NCBI RefSeq assembly: GCF_009914755.1 | Contig: NC_060937.1 | Strand: one strand, 5' to 3' | DNA length: 64,000 nt | Source: the human T2T-CHM13v2.0 reference genome, Homo sapiens | In this document: positions 26,831 through 38,853 of the stretch, one piece after another | Layout: every line of letters begins with the position of its first letter | How positions within the stretch are numbered: the first letter of the stretch is position 1 | Program-made: the position numbers and the translations under genes | Notes under the pieces: model-generated | Seen by the model: the letters and a program-made list of their open reading frames with translations, nothing else | What the model was told of the DNA's origin: nothing | The model's database searches: none

Positions 26831-27619
26831 GGTTTCCAGTTTCCCATGTCTGCTGTGGGCTACGGGAGGAACAGTCGTTCCACTTCAAATGGAGTCACTG
26901 TCACTGAGGGCCACTTAAGCTGCACGAATTCTCACCACAAGCCTGGTTTCCTTCTGGTCGTCAGCCATTCAGCTCCCACTACAGGGCAGGCGCTTGTGAG
27001 ACTCTCAGGACATAATGTTAAAGGATGTTATGGTGTTTTCTCTCAAGGGGCTTACAGTTTAACATGGTGATACCCAAACTTTGCTAGAACATTTCTCAGA
27101 TCATTCTTCCCTTAAGAGACTTTTTAAACAATATTATTTTTGGAGCAGTTTTAGGTTCACAGCAAAATTGAATGGAAAGTACAGAGATTTCCCATTTACT
27201 CCCTCCCTCCACACAGTCATTCTCAACATCCCCAAGCAGACGGGGATATTGACCCCAAGACACCTCCTTATCATCCAGAGTCCATAGTTTACATTCAGGC
27301 TCAGTCTTGGTGTTGTTCATTCTATGGGTTTGGACAAATGTATGACATGTGTCCACCATTAAAAGACTATTGAACATGCTAAATTGTATGTCTTTCCTTG
27401 GAGGTGCACCCACTAGTCTGGCCCAGATAAATGCCCATGGGTACAGGTGGTGGGTAATCTCACTTCAGCCTGATGGCACCATCTGGGCGGTGATTCATCC
27501 CAGGGACTCCCTGGCAGAAAACCTGCTTTTGGTGGGCCTTATGGTGGCTCCCGCTTCTTAGCCACATGTATTTCTAGTACAGGAAGTGGGTTACATGGAG
27601 CTCTTTCATAGAAGAGACT

Positions 27620-28137
27620 CTGCCATAAGCAAAATAATCCAGCCTCCAAAAAGGACGTCCATGTTCTAATCTCCAGAACCTTACATGGCAAGAGAAACTT
27701 CGCAGATGTGATGAAGTTAAGGAGTTTGAGATGCAGAGATTATCTTGGATTATCCAGGTGGGGGGGCGGGCAATGTCATCACCAGGGTCCTTACAAGTGA
27801 CACTAGGATAGAGGCGAGTCTGAGAAGGGTCTATGATGACAGAAGCAAGGGTCAGAGTCAAAGACAAATCTGAAGCTGTCAGGCTGCTGGCTTTGAAAAT
27901 GGAGAAGGGGACCATGAGCCAGGAATGCAGGTGGCCTCTAGGAGCTGGGAAAGGCAGAGAAATTGGATTCCCCTTGAGAGCCTCCCAAAGGAACACAGTC
28001 CGGCCAGCATGTTGATTTTAGCCCAGTGAGATACAGGTTGGACTTCTGCCCTCCAGAAATGTAAGAGAATGAATTTGCTTTATTTTAAGCTACTGATTGG
28101 TGGTGTTTTGTTATAGCAGCAATAAGAAGCTAATACA
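27620..28137 (+). mobile_element. MLT1D-like MaLR LTR
   Basis: 'gagattatcttggattatccaggtggg...gagccaggaatgcaggtggcctctaggagctgg...gaagctaataca'. Confidence 0.88.
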
Positions 28138-28579
28138 GGCTCAGAGAGGCATGTACCTCTGGAGCTCACAGCATTCCTGGTTGGCTGGAATGTGAGAGCA
28201 AACCCAGAAGAGAGAAGCTGGGGCCTTCAGGGCAGCAGCAGCAGACATTGGCTGAGCTCTGTGAGGGTTGTTGGGAGCCTTAGCATGGTCACTTGGGCTG
28301 TGAGGTGACTCATGGCTACTGCCAGTTTGATTAGCTGTGATGACCACAAGTGAGGAACCACGCTGTCAGCAACTTTGGGCCACACAAAGACTCCCAGATG
28401 AGGAACGGTGCAATGAATGCTGCAGCGATGTGGCGATAAAGCCAGAGGAATGGCTTTGGCTGTTCTGAGACCCTGGAGTTCTCAGAGGTGACAGAGAGGG
28501 TCAGGGTGAAGATTCAGGAGAAGACAGGCCATTACCAAAGGCGTGCAATGGAGGCCACACAGGGTACTGATAGGAATGG

Positions 28580-29200
28580 TGGCTGACATTTGCTGAGCTC
28601 TGTGTGCTGCGAGCTGTGCTAGCAGTGCCCGCCCTGTCCCATAGAATCTTCACAATGATTCTAAGAGGTAGACACTATTATTATTCCCATCTTACTGGTG
28701 AAGACACTGAGACTTTCCATGGTTAATTTTGACCAAGAGCAAAAACTAGCAAATAAAAGATCTTGACTTCTGTCTGCTCAATGCCTCCTCCTCCCCCATT
28801 TTTTTTAATCAACTGTTGTAGAAAGAACATGAAGTTTGACGAGAGCAAGACTTGTGTTCAGATCCAGTCCTACTACTCTGTACCCTCAGCCTGGTAACTT
28901 AACCCCTGTAAGCCTTTGTTTCTCATGTGTCCTATTGGGAAAATAATATTTCTCTTTAGAAGAAGTAGAGTGGTAGTTAAAAGTGAGGGTTTGGGAGGAT
29001 AACTACTCATATTTGAATCCTGGCTCAGCCTCTTATAAGCTATATGACATGAAGCTACATATTTAATCTCTCTATACTTCAGTTGATTCATCTGTATGAT
29101 GAGGATCATGTTTTATTGTCTGAATGGGGTTGCTATAAGGGTCAAATGGCATAGTATCTAAAGCTCTTTGCACAGTACCTGGTTCACAGGGAGCTCCCAA
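28580..29200. mobile_element. Cluster of three MIR fragments
   Basis: MIR core motifs in both orientations, e.g. 'attattcccatcttactggtgaagacactgag' and 'ttgaatcctggctcagcc...atttaatctctct'. Confidence 0.6.
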
Positions 29201-30972
29201 TGGGTACTACTTAGAGTAGGGCTGAGCAGACAGGGTTGGGGATAGAAATGGCCTGGAGTAATCCTGGGACATGGGAGGCATTCAGTCTGTGCTTGCTGCT
29301 GTTTTTATCTGTGGTAGGCAGGAAGCAGCCCCAGCAAGAGGCCATACTGAAGTCCTGGCCGTTGGGGTGGGAAAAATCTCTGTGTGTTTTAGGGGAAAGA
29401 GGGTGCAGTTAGATGGCTGGGAAGGGCTGGGACTGCAGGGTCTCTGAGGGTCACAAAGAGAATCTGAAGCCATTGCTCCTAAAGGGCTGAGGCTGGGATG
29501 AGGTGCCAGAAGCCAACAGTATGGGGAGCTGTGTGGGAACCCCAGGCTTCACCTTCTCATCCATTTTTAGATCCAGTAATTTTGGGCAGAGGTGCTGAGA
29601 CAAACTGAAGATCTTGCCCCCTGTCCCTCACAAGAGTGCATCAGAGCCAGAAGCCAGCTTTTCATTATCATTAGCACTGTTTGCTTCATAAACTTGGAAT
29701 TTTGCATTTTAGCAGTCCTCAAAATGAAGCACCTGTGGCATTGAAATTATTGTTTTCCTTATGGAAGGGGCTATTTATCACATTATCCTATTTGAAGTGA
29801 TTATTCTCATTCATCAAATTGAATTTAATTAATTTTCATAATTCAAGAGCTTCATAGCTGCAAACTATATACACTTGGCCAATAGTTCTGTGAAACAATC
29901 TGTGTTTTTCCCTCTTGCATTTATTTGCATCATAAAAGGCTACGTTTACTTCTCTAGAGTAAAACTGCTCTGTGTGCCAGGTCGTATTGGCAAATTCGCT
30001 GGAGAGAAGAGAACCCACTAGTAAAGCACAGCTCAAGAATTAGTGGCAAACAGATGCACACTCAGAACATTGTTTTAGCTGATGGGAGAGAATGGAAGGG
30101 AGAAGGCATCTGTGAAGGAGACAGCGCCTTTCCCTTAAGATCCTGAAAAGCGTTCTGGGCTGCCAGACCCCAGAGCAGAAACAGTTGCACACAGCATCTG
30201 CCCTCAAACAACTTTAAAGGTGCCTTTCACTCTGCAGAGCCTATGTCTGGCCTTATTTGTGTGGGGAACCTTGCACATAGCTTTCCATATTTCTTTGCCC
30301 ATTGCCCTAGAGGAAGCCCATGTCTGAGGATGCTTTTGTGCCAACCCTGACCATTTCAGATCTCCTGAATGCTGCCTTCAGGGTTAACTTCCTTAGACCC
30401 CCATCAGGGTGTTTGGGGGTCTGACATTTTATTTTTATGCATTGACATGGACAGCAGCATGTATGCCCAGATTGGCCCAAGGTTGTTCTAGAAAGTGCTT
30501 CAAAATAAAAGGACAAGCCTATTGTTGGGTTTATGTGATACATAATTAGAGTGATATCTATCATACAACGTATGATCATAAGTGTCTATAAAATTTATGT
30601 GTCTATTTACATATATACACACCCATAGAGACATAGCATTAAGGTGCAATTTCTTTACAGCTCCAGCAAGATTGTACTGTCAACACTTTATAACCTGTAA
30701 TCAGTACTCTGGCCAATAAGGTTATAATTGGAGACTAATACCTTTGTATTCACCCTATATTTTTCAACATCCACCATAACTGGATATTGATATATAACTT
30801 CACAGGTTACAAAGCACTTTCACATGCATTATTTCACTTGATCCTCGCAATAGCCTGGTTTTAAAGTGAAAAGTCTAAGGCTAAGAGTGTAATGTGTCCA
30901 AGATTAGGGAGTTCCCAACTGGGTAGAGCTGGCATCAGCCAGGTCTTCCCAATCGACATTTGCTATTTCTTG

Positions 30973-31713
30973 CAAATCAAAACCACAATGAGATACCATC
31001 TCACGGCAGTCAGAATGGTGATTATTAAAAAATTTTTAAAAAAACAGATGCTAGCAAGGTTGCAGAGTAAAAAGAATGCTTTTACAGTTTTGGTGGGAGT
31101 GTAAATTAGTTCAACCATTGTGGAAGGCAGTGTGGTGATTCCTCAAAGATCTAGAGGCAGAAATACCATTTGACCCAGCAATACCATTACTGGGTATATA
31201 TCCAAAGGAACATAAATCATTCTATTATAAAGATACACACATGTGTATGTTCATTGCAGCACTATTTGCAGTAGCAAAGGCATGGAATCGACCTAAATAC
31301 CCATCAATGATAGACTGGATAAAGAAAATGTGGTGCATATACACCATGGAACACTTTGCGGCCATAAAAAATCACAAGGTCTTGTCCTTTGTGGGGACAT
31401 AGATGGAGCTGGAAGCTGTTATCCTCAGCAAACTAATACAGGAACAGAAAACCAAACACTGCATGTTCTCACTTATAAATGGGAGCTAAATGATGAGAAC
31501 TACATGGACACATGGTGGGTGGTACAACACACACTGGGGCCTGTTGGGGGAGAGGGAGAGCATCAGGAAGAATAGCTAATGGAAGCTGGGCTTAATACCA
31601 AGGTGATGGGTTGATCTGTGCAGCAAACCACCATGGCACACATTTACCTATGTAACAAACCTGCACATCCTGCACATGTACCCCGGAACTTAAAATAACG
31701 GTTGAAAAACCCC
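30973..31713 (+). mobile_element. 5'-truncated L1PA (older primate, PA13-16-like)
   Basis: ORF2 end ('QIKTTMRYHLTAVRM') plus 3' UTR. Perfect 17-bp TSD acatttgctatttcttg at 30956-30972 and 31714-31730. Confidence 0.93.
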
Positions 31714-31789
31714 ACATTTGCTATTTCTTGTGTATGATTACATCTCTTGGTAGCTCAAAACTATGGAGAAATCGTAATAGTTATGAAAA

Positions 31790-33065
31790 GAATAATTATC
31801 ATTTTTTCAGCATATACCTTATGCCAAACACTGTTTGGAGCACTTATGTGCACTTCTGTGTAATCTTTATGCTTACTCTTAGAGGTAAGTAGTTTAATTC
31901 TCATTTTATAGATGAGGAGTCTGAGGCTCAGCAAGGTGAAACAAGCCCAGGCCACAAAGCCTCACATCTGGTGAAGCCAACTGTGGACTCAGCTCTTTCT
32001 GAATCCTAAACACATGTTCTTTTCATATGGCTAGGCTACCTATAAGTCATTTTCACTTTAGTGAAAATTTAAGTCATTGCTGCTACCTTTTGTATAGTAT
32101 TTGCATTTTACTATGTCTCTAATTATAGAATTAAAGGACTTGTTCCCTGGTCTTAAAATAGTTCCAAGCATCAAGAAATAAGTAGGAGAGAGAGTCTAGA
32201 GAGCAATGGGTAGCCCCCCTAGTGTCTCTGAAAATCAGCCTATAGAGCTGCTGGTAGCACAACTTCAACCCTCTGGGGAACTGAACAGGTTCATCGTGAG
32301 AGTGCTGCATTAGCAACACAGCAGGGAAACTATGAGTTCTGGAGGCAGAACACCTGAGTCTGAGGAGCCCTGCTCTTTAGGAGCTGTGTGACCTTGACAA
32401 CTTCCTGACCCTCTTAGGGACTCTGCTATCTTCCTTGAAAAACAGGGATTAAATGAGGTAATGTGTGTGTGGACTGCAAGGCCAGGAAAAAGAAGGTACA
32501 CTTTTGTGTTCTCTTCCAGCGAGTCAAGGCTCCTCTGCTTCCCCTTTCTCAGCCCCATAGCTCCGAGGAACACAGTAATGACTGCCAGGGCACGCACACA
32601 GCAAGCAGCTTTGCCGTGCTGCCCTGCTGTTCTGAAGGCCTTTTGCTGCAAAAGAGATGCACCTGTCATTTCCTGCAGGCGCTTCCAAGGCTCTTCATGG
32701 AGAAGCTGCCTTAAATGAAAAGGCCATTGTTTGTGTTAAGAAACAACTTTGCTAATCACAGAAATAGCTCCTGCTCTACAGGCCCCGATGGCACCAGTGG
32801 AAGGAAGCCAGCATGTCACTGCAGATTCTGGGGCTCCTTGTGTAGGATTTACAGGGGGCTACCTGATGTGGATGGAGTCCAGCTTCATACTTTCCTGGCT
32901 GTGATATTGGCAAGGTTGGCCTCACCTAAGCCTCCATGTCCTTATTTGTATAATGCAGTTACCAATGTCCATATTTCAGGGCTCCTGTAAAGATTGCAGA
33001 TAATGTTAATGAAATGCCTAACAAAGGACCTGGTCTAAAGTGGAGATTCAGTGAGTGTTAGTTCT
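31790..33065. mobile_element. Three MIR fragments (about 31790-32030, 32330-32480, 32870-33065)
   Basis: MIR core motifs such as 'ctcattttatagatgaggagtctgaggctcag' and 'gctgtgtgaccttgacaa'. Confidence 0.6.
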
Positions 33066-33779
33066 CCTGTTTCTCTTCTGCCCTCTCTCCCTCAGGCCCA
33101 CATTTAGAGGTGTTCATTTGTAACAGACACTCAGGCAGAGGTGCATTCTGTCAAAAAGGCTCTGTCAAGAACAAGGGGCTCTGCCTGCTCTGGAAGAGTC
33201 CCCTGGGTCCGCCCAGTTCCGAAATCTCACCCGCACATGTTCTTCAGCTCAGGAACTGATGAAGACGACAAAGCGACTTGATAAAAATGGCTGAACCTGC
33301 ATGCATAAAAGAGAACAACGTTCAGACACTTCTGTCTGGTGACCCCTGCAAGATTCTGGTATCAAACTCCTGTCTCTCCTCACTAAGGACCAGGGGTTGC
33401 CCTGGTGTGGCGGAAGCTATATAGAGGCCCACACCATAATGTCTGCCAAGTCCTCCAGGCCCTCTTACATCTTATGTTCAATTTTCCCTCATTGCTTCTT
33501 CTGGAATGTCCACTCCCTGTTTCAGAGCTGAGAATGCTGACTTCTTAGTCTTTTCTTATGCAATTGCTGAAAGTGCAGCTTTTAAGTCCTGCATCATTAT
33601 CAAATTGATTTCCGCCAAAAGCTTTTCTTCTCTTGCCAATGCTCTGGGAACACGGGTTGCTGCCTTCTCAGTCTGGATAGATACAGGCCCTATTTGGCCA
33701 AACCACGGCACTTCCTGTTTAAATAATTCCCTGAAAGCACCAGCTCATCAGCGTGAGTGTTCATCACTTTATCTCCAAC

Positions 33780-35000
33780 TTTCTGTGGTGTTGTTACAGT
33801 CTCTATGGACCCAAAATTAGAGAAAGAAGGAAACGTGATAAAGCAATTGGCCCCTAGATAATGTCTATCATTCAAGCACATAAGTGAGCCCGAGCCAAAT
33901 CCTGAGTTCTGGCTACATGCAGAAGCCCAGGCTAAGTGAGGTAGCAAATACATGCAGTGTATATATGGCATGCACCCTGCCTGCAGGAGTGCCACACACA
34001 ATGACGTAACGCCCTGAAATGGAGACAGTAAACCTGGTCAGTGTTTGCAACGTGGCAAATGAGAGGTCAGTCAGCATGTGTGCAGTCTGTGGAAGGTTTC
34101 TCAGAGCTGAGAATGAAGTGAGGGGTGTTCAAGAATCTATAGGGATTAAGAAATCAGGGTAACATGGAGAAGCATTCTTGGCGAAAGAAACAGCTCGAGC
34201 AAAGACAGAGGTGGAAATTGGCCTGGCATCTTTAAGGCACTGAAAGGCTACCAGCCTACTTGGTCTGTTTATTTTAGGAGAATAGTAGGAGTCAAGTTTG
34301 TAAAGACAACTGGAGAGGTTGACTTCTAAGCTAAAGAGCTTGATCTTACTCCTTTAGGTAGTGAAGTCACTGAAAGTTTTTGAGAAGACAAATGGCACGC
34401 TGAAAGTGGTGTTTCAGAAAAATTTTATCAGCAGTGGTGTTTGGAGGGGGTGACATTAAGGAGTAAAAGAAGAGACTTCAGGTAGTGAGAATCGTTAGAG
34501 TGCTTGCAAAGAACTGATATGAAATCATTAGGACTCTAACTAGGATGACAATAGAGGAAAAGGGAAATAAAGGATGGGTTCAACACAAATTGGATAACAA
34601 GCAGATATGAACTTGAAGGAATGACAGGAGAAGCAACGACATCATAGGCCAAAGGCAGAAAATCTGGAGCTTGTTGGCAGGACAATGCATTGTCTGCTTA
34701 AACAAGTCAAATCTGTGGTCTGTGGAGACAGTCAGCAAGTGAAAGGTCAAAATGGCTGGTAAATTGCTTGAGATTTGAGGCAGAGCACTGGACTGAATTC
34801 CAGGCTGCAAACGTGATCTGGGTGTGATTTGATTGGAAAGGATAGCTGCAGGTGTGATGGCTTTTCTCCAGTTGTGTGTGCCTGTGTGAGATTTAAAACA
34901 AAGGGGAAGACTGAAGGAGATACTGCACTCCTAAGAGAGATTAAGGAGAATGGAAAGAGCAAGGTTGAAAAGCCAGGAGCGATGGGATGAAGAGAATAGG
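33780..35000 (-). mobile_element. Decayed L2 fragments
   Basis: Purine-rich L2-like text such as 'ggtagtgaagtcactgaaagtttttgag'. Confidence 0.5.
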
Positions 35001-37486
35001 CTGGGGTTTTAATCTTGGAAAGGAGGGCTCTGTAACAAGGTACACTGGGCTCTTGGTAGCAGGATGAGGTGGGGGTGAGGGAGAAAGGGCAGTAAGCCAG
35101 GAAAGGACCGGCTAGGTACCTATTTTGGCTTAAGGCTGGCCTCCTAGGGTTGTGGCAAATGTAAGACTGGTTCAGATTGTTACTGACATGGAGGTGTCTA
35201 AGCAGGTGGGCTGGGGCAGAACTCATGTAGTCAGAAGGCTGGACTTCAAGGATCTTGGCTTCTGAGGGTCTGTCCATCTAAAACAGGATCCCAGAAAGAA
35301 CTAGAGGGAGCAGACAGGATCAGAGTTCAGGCCAGGAGAAGAGCAGGCATCAGAAGGTGGAGGTCAATGGTTTTGTTGTTGTTCTCTAAACCCTAATGGT
35401 TCGCCAAGATGCATCTGGGGCTGCTGAAGGGGCAGAGGAGCTCCAAGCTCCCTCATTCCCATTCAACCTAGCAGGTTTTTTACTTATTGAACTTTGTGAT
35501 GTGATAGGATTGAGTTTGAAGAAAGGGTTCCACTGCTAAAGTAAAGTTTGAAAATGAATGGCAGATTTGGCCTACCGGAAATAAAAGCAGAGGCATTATT
35601 ACTGGCAACAGTCCATCCATAAAGGAACATGTGAGTAAACCACAGCATGGCTGCTGTGAACAGTGCAGCTGGCAAACATAATCAGCAAGATCTATGCATG
35701 TAAGCTGAGTTAACATCAGAGGATGTCTGTGTCGTACTGGGAAAGGGCAGAAGCAAGTTTCAGGATAATGTAGATGATACATGTGAAACAAAAAAAAGGA
35801 AAAAGAATCCTATGAATTTTCTTATGTGTTGATATGAAAGATAAGACAAGAAGGGCTCCACACCAGACTTTGGCTTCTTCAGGCACAGGAATTAAAAGAG
35901 GGTAGATAATTACCAGATTTTTAAAGAGAGACTTTTGTATTGTGTAAGTAGCTACTATGAGCCTGTATTTTTCTTTTATACTTTTTAGTTAGGAATAAGT
36001 ATAGATTCATCAGAAGTTGCAAAAATAGTACAGAGAATCCTGTGTTCCATTCATCCACTTTCCCCAGTGGTAACATCTTACATGATGATAAAAGCTAGGA
36101 AATTAACATTGGTATAATTCATACACATTGTTCAGATCTCACTTGTTTTATATCCACTCATGTGTGTGTGCCTGAGTGCATATATAGTTAATGCAAAACT
36201 ATCACATGTGTAGATTTATGTATCCTCCACCACTATCAAGATACACAATGGTTCTATCACCACAAAGATCCCTCATGCTACCCCTTTACATTCACACCCC
36301 TCCCCGCTCCTACTTCCTGTTCCCTGGCAACCAGTAATCTGTTCTTCATTTCTAGAATTTTGTATTTCAAGAATGTTACATAAATGAAAGTATATAGTAT
36401 GTAACCTCTTGGAACTGGCTTTCTTTTCATTTAGCATAACTTCCTTGAGATCCATTCAAGTTCTTGCATGTATCAATAGTTCATTTCTTTTTATTGCTGA
36501 GTAGTATTTCATGGCACAGAGGTAGCACTGTTTGTTTAACCATTTACCCATTGAAGGACATGTGGGTTGTTTCCAATTCTGGGCCATTAAAAGTAAAGCT
36601 GCTGTGAACATTTGTGTACACATTTTTGTGTAGCCATAGCCTTTCATTTCTCTGGTACAAATGTCCAGGAGTTCAACTGCTGGCTTATAAGGTAAGTGTA
36701 TGTTTAATTTTTTTAAGAAACTGCCGGACTATTTTCCAGGAAGACAGTACCATTTTACATTCCTATCAGCAATGTATGGATGTGCCAATTCCTCAGTTCT
36801 TGTCAACATTTGATATTACTCCTATTTTTTAAATGGTAGCTATTTTAATAGGTGTATAGTGATATTTAATTTGCATTTCCCTGATGGCTAATGATGTTGA
36901 ACAAATTTTCATGTTCTTTTTTTGCCATCTGTATATCCTTTGGTGAGATGTCTATCTTTTGCCCATTTTCTAATTTGATCTTTGATATTTTTTATTGTTG
37001 AGCTTTGTGAGTCCTTTATATATTTTAGATATAACTCTTTTGTCAGATATTTGGTTTGAAAATACTTTCTTCCAGTCCAGATATTGTCTTTTCATCTTTT
37101 TAATAAAGTTCATTGTAGAGCAAAAGTTTTTCATTTTGATGATGTCCAACTTATTGATTTTCTTCCATAAATCATGGTTTTTCATATCACATTTAAGAAC
37201 TTTTCACTAACCCTAGGTCCTGAAGATTTTCTCCTATGTTTTCTTTTGAATTTTTTATAACTTTGTGTTTTATATTTAAGTATATAAATTCATTCTGAGT
37301 TATTTTTTCATTTAAAAACGTGAGGTTTATTTTAAAGTTCTTTTTATTGGCCTATGGGTGTAACTACTTCAGTACCATTTGCTGAAAAGATTATTCTTCC
37401 TCCATTGAATTGCTTTTGGATCTGTCAAAAATCAGTTAATTTGTGCATCAAAAGACATTACTAACAGAATAAATAGGCAGCCTACA

Positions 37487-37878
37487 TGATACAGTTTTGA
37501 TGTTGTCCCCTCTAAATCTCATGTCTAATTATAATCCCCTGTTGGAGACGGGGATGGGTGTTTGGGTCATGGGGACAGATCCTTTATGGTTTGGAGGTGT
37601 CGTCAAGATAGCAAGCAATTATGAGATCTGGTTGTTTAAGTGTGTGGCACCTCCCCCCTCCCCACCTCTTGCTTCCACTCTCACCATGTGACTGTCTGCT
37701 CCCCCGTCACCTTCTGCCATGATTGTAAGCTTCCTGAAACCTCCCCAGAAGCTGACCAGTTGCCGATGTCATGCTTCCTGTACAGCCTGCAGAACTATGA
37801 GCCAATTAAACCTCTTTACCTTATAAATTACACAACCTCAGGTATTTCTTTATAGCAATACAAGAACGGCTTAATACA
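37487..37878 (+). mobile_element. MST (MSTB-like) solo LTR
   Basis: tgatacagttt...ggcttaataca, with TSD ctaca/ccaca. Confidence 0.88.
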
Positions 37879-38421
37879 CCACAGAATGGGAGAAAGCATT
37901 TGGAAATCACATAGCTTACAAGAGATAAAAATCCAGAATATATAGAGAACTCCTAAAACTCAGCAACAATAACACAGACTGATTCAAAACTGGGCAAAGG
38001 ACTTGAATAGACATTTCACCAAAGTACATGTAAAAATGGTCAATGTGAGATGCAAATCAAACTACAATAAGATATCACCTCACACACATTAGGATGACTC
38101 CTATCAAAAATATCAAAAATAGCAAGGATTGGTGAAGATGTGGAAAAATAGGAACACTTGTGCACTGTTTGTGGGAATATAAAATGGCACAGCCGCTGTG
38201 AAAAACAGTATAGTATTTCCTCAAAAAGTGAAAAATAGGATTGCCGTATGATCTAGCAATTCCACTTCTTGGTATATACCAAAAAGAACTGAAAGCAGGG
38301 TCTCAAAGAGGTATTTGTACACCCATTCTCATAGCAGCATTATTTACAGTAGCTAAAATGTTGAAGTAACCCAAATGTACATCAATGAATGAATGGAAAA
38401 GCAAAATGTGGTATACCCATA

Positions 38422-38853
38422 TGCTATGGTTTGACTGTGCCCCCCAAAGTTCATGTGTTGGGAATTTAATCCCCAATGCAACGGTGTTGAAAGGTGGGAC
38501 TTTTAAAGAGATGATTAGGTCATGAAGACTCTGCCAGCCATCATAAATAGATTTATGCTGTTATAATAAGGATTGGCGTATTGCAGGATTATCCAATAAC
38601 CAATTGAGTAATCGCATGATCATCCAATTAGGGTTCCCAGGTAAAGTATGAGCCCTCTTTCCCTCACTCTCACTCTCTCTTGTTTTTCTGCCTTCTGTGA
38701 TGGAATGACACAACACAAAGGCCTTCACCAAATGCCAGTGCCATGTTCTGGGACTTCCCAGCCTCCATAACTGTAAGTCAAATAAATTTCAGTTCATTAT
38801 AATTTACCTAGTCTGTGATATTTTGTGATAGTAGCATAAATTTGACTAAAACA
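38422..38853 (+). mobile_element. MSTD-like solo LTR
   Basis: tgctatggtttgactgtgccccccaaagttcatgtgttgg...gactaaaaca. Confidence 0.85.

Noticed and set aside
34747-35277. 176-aa minus-strand ORF
   Set aside because: Ser/Pro/Leu-rich translation of pyrimidine-rich, partly L2-derived sequence with no domain signal.
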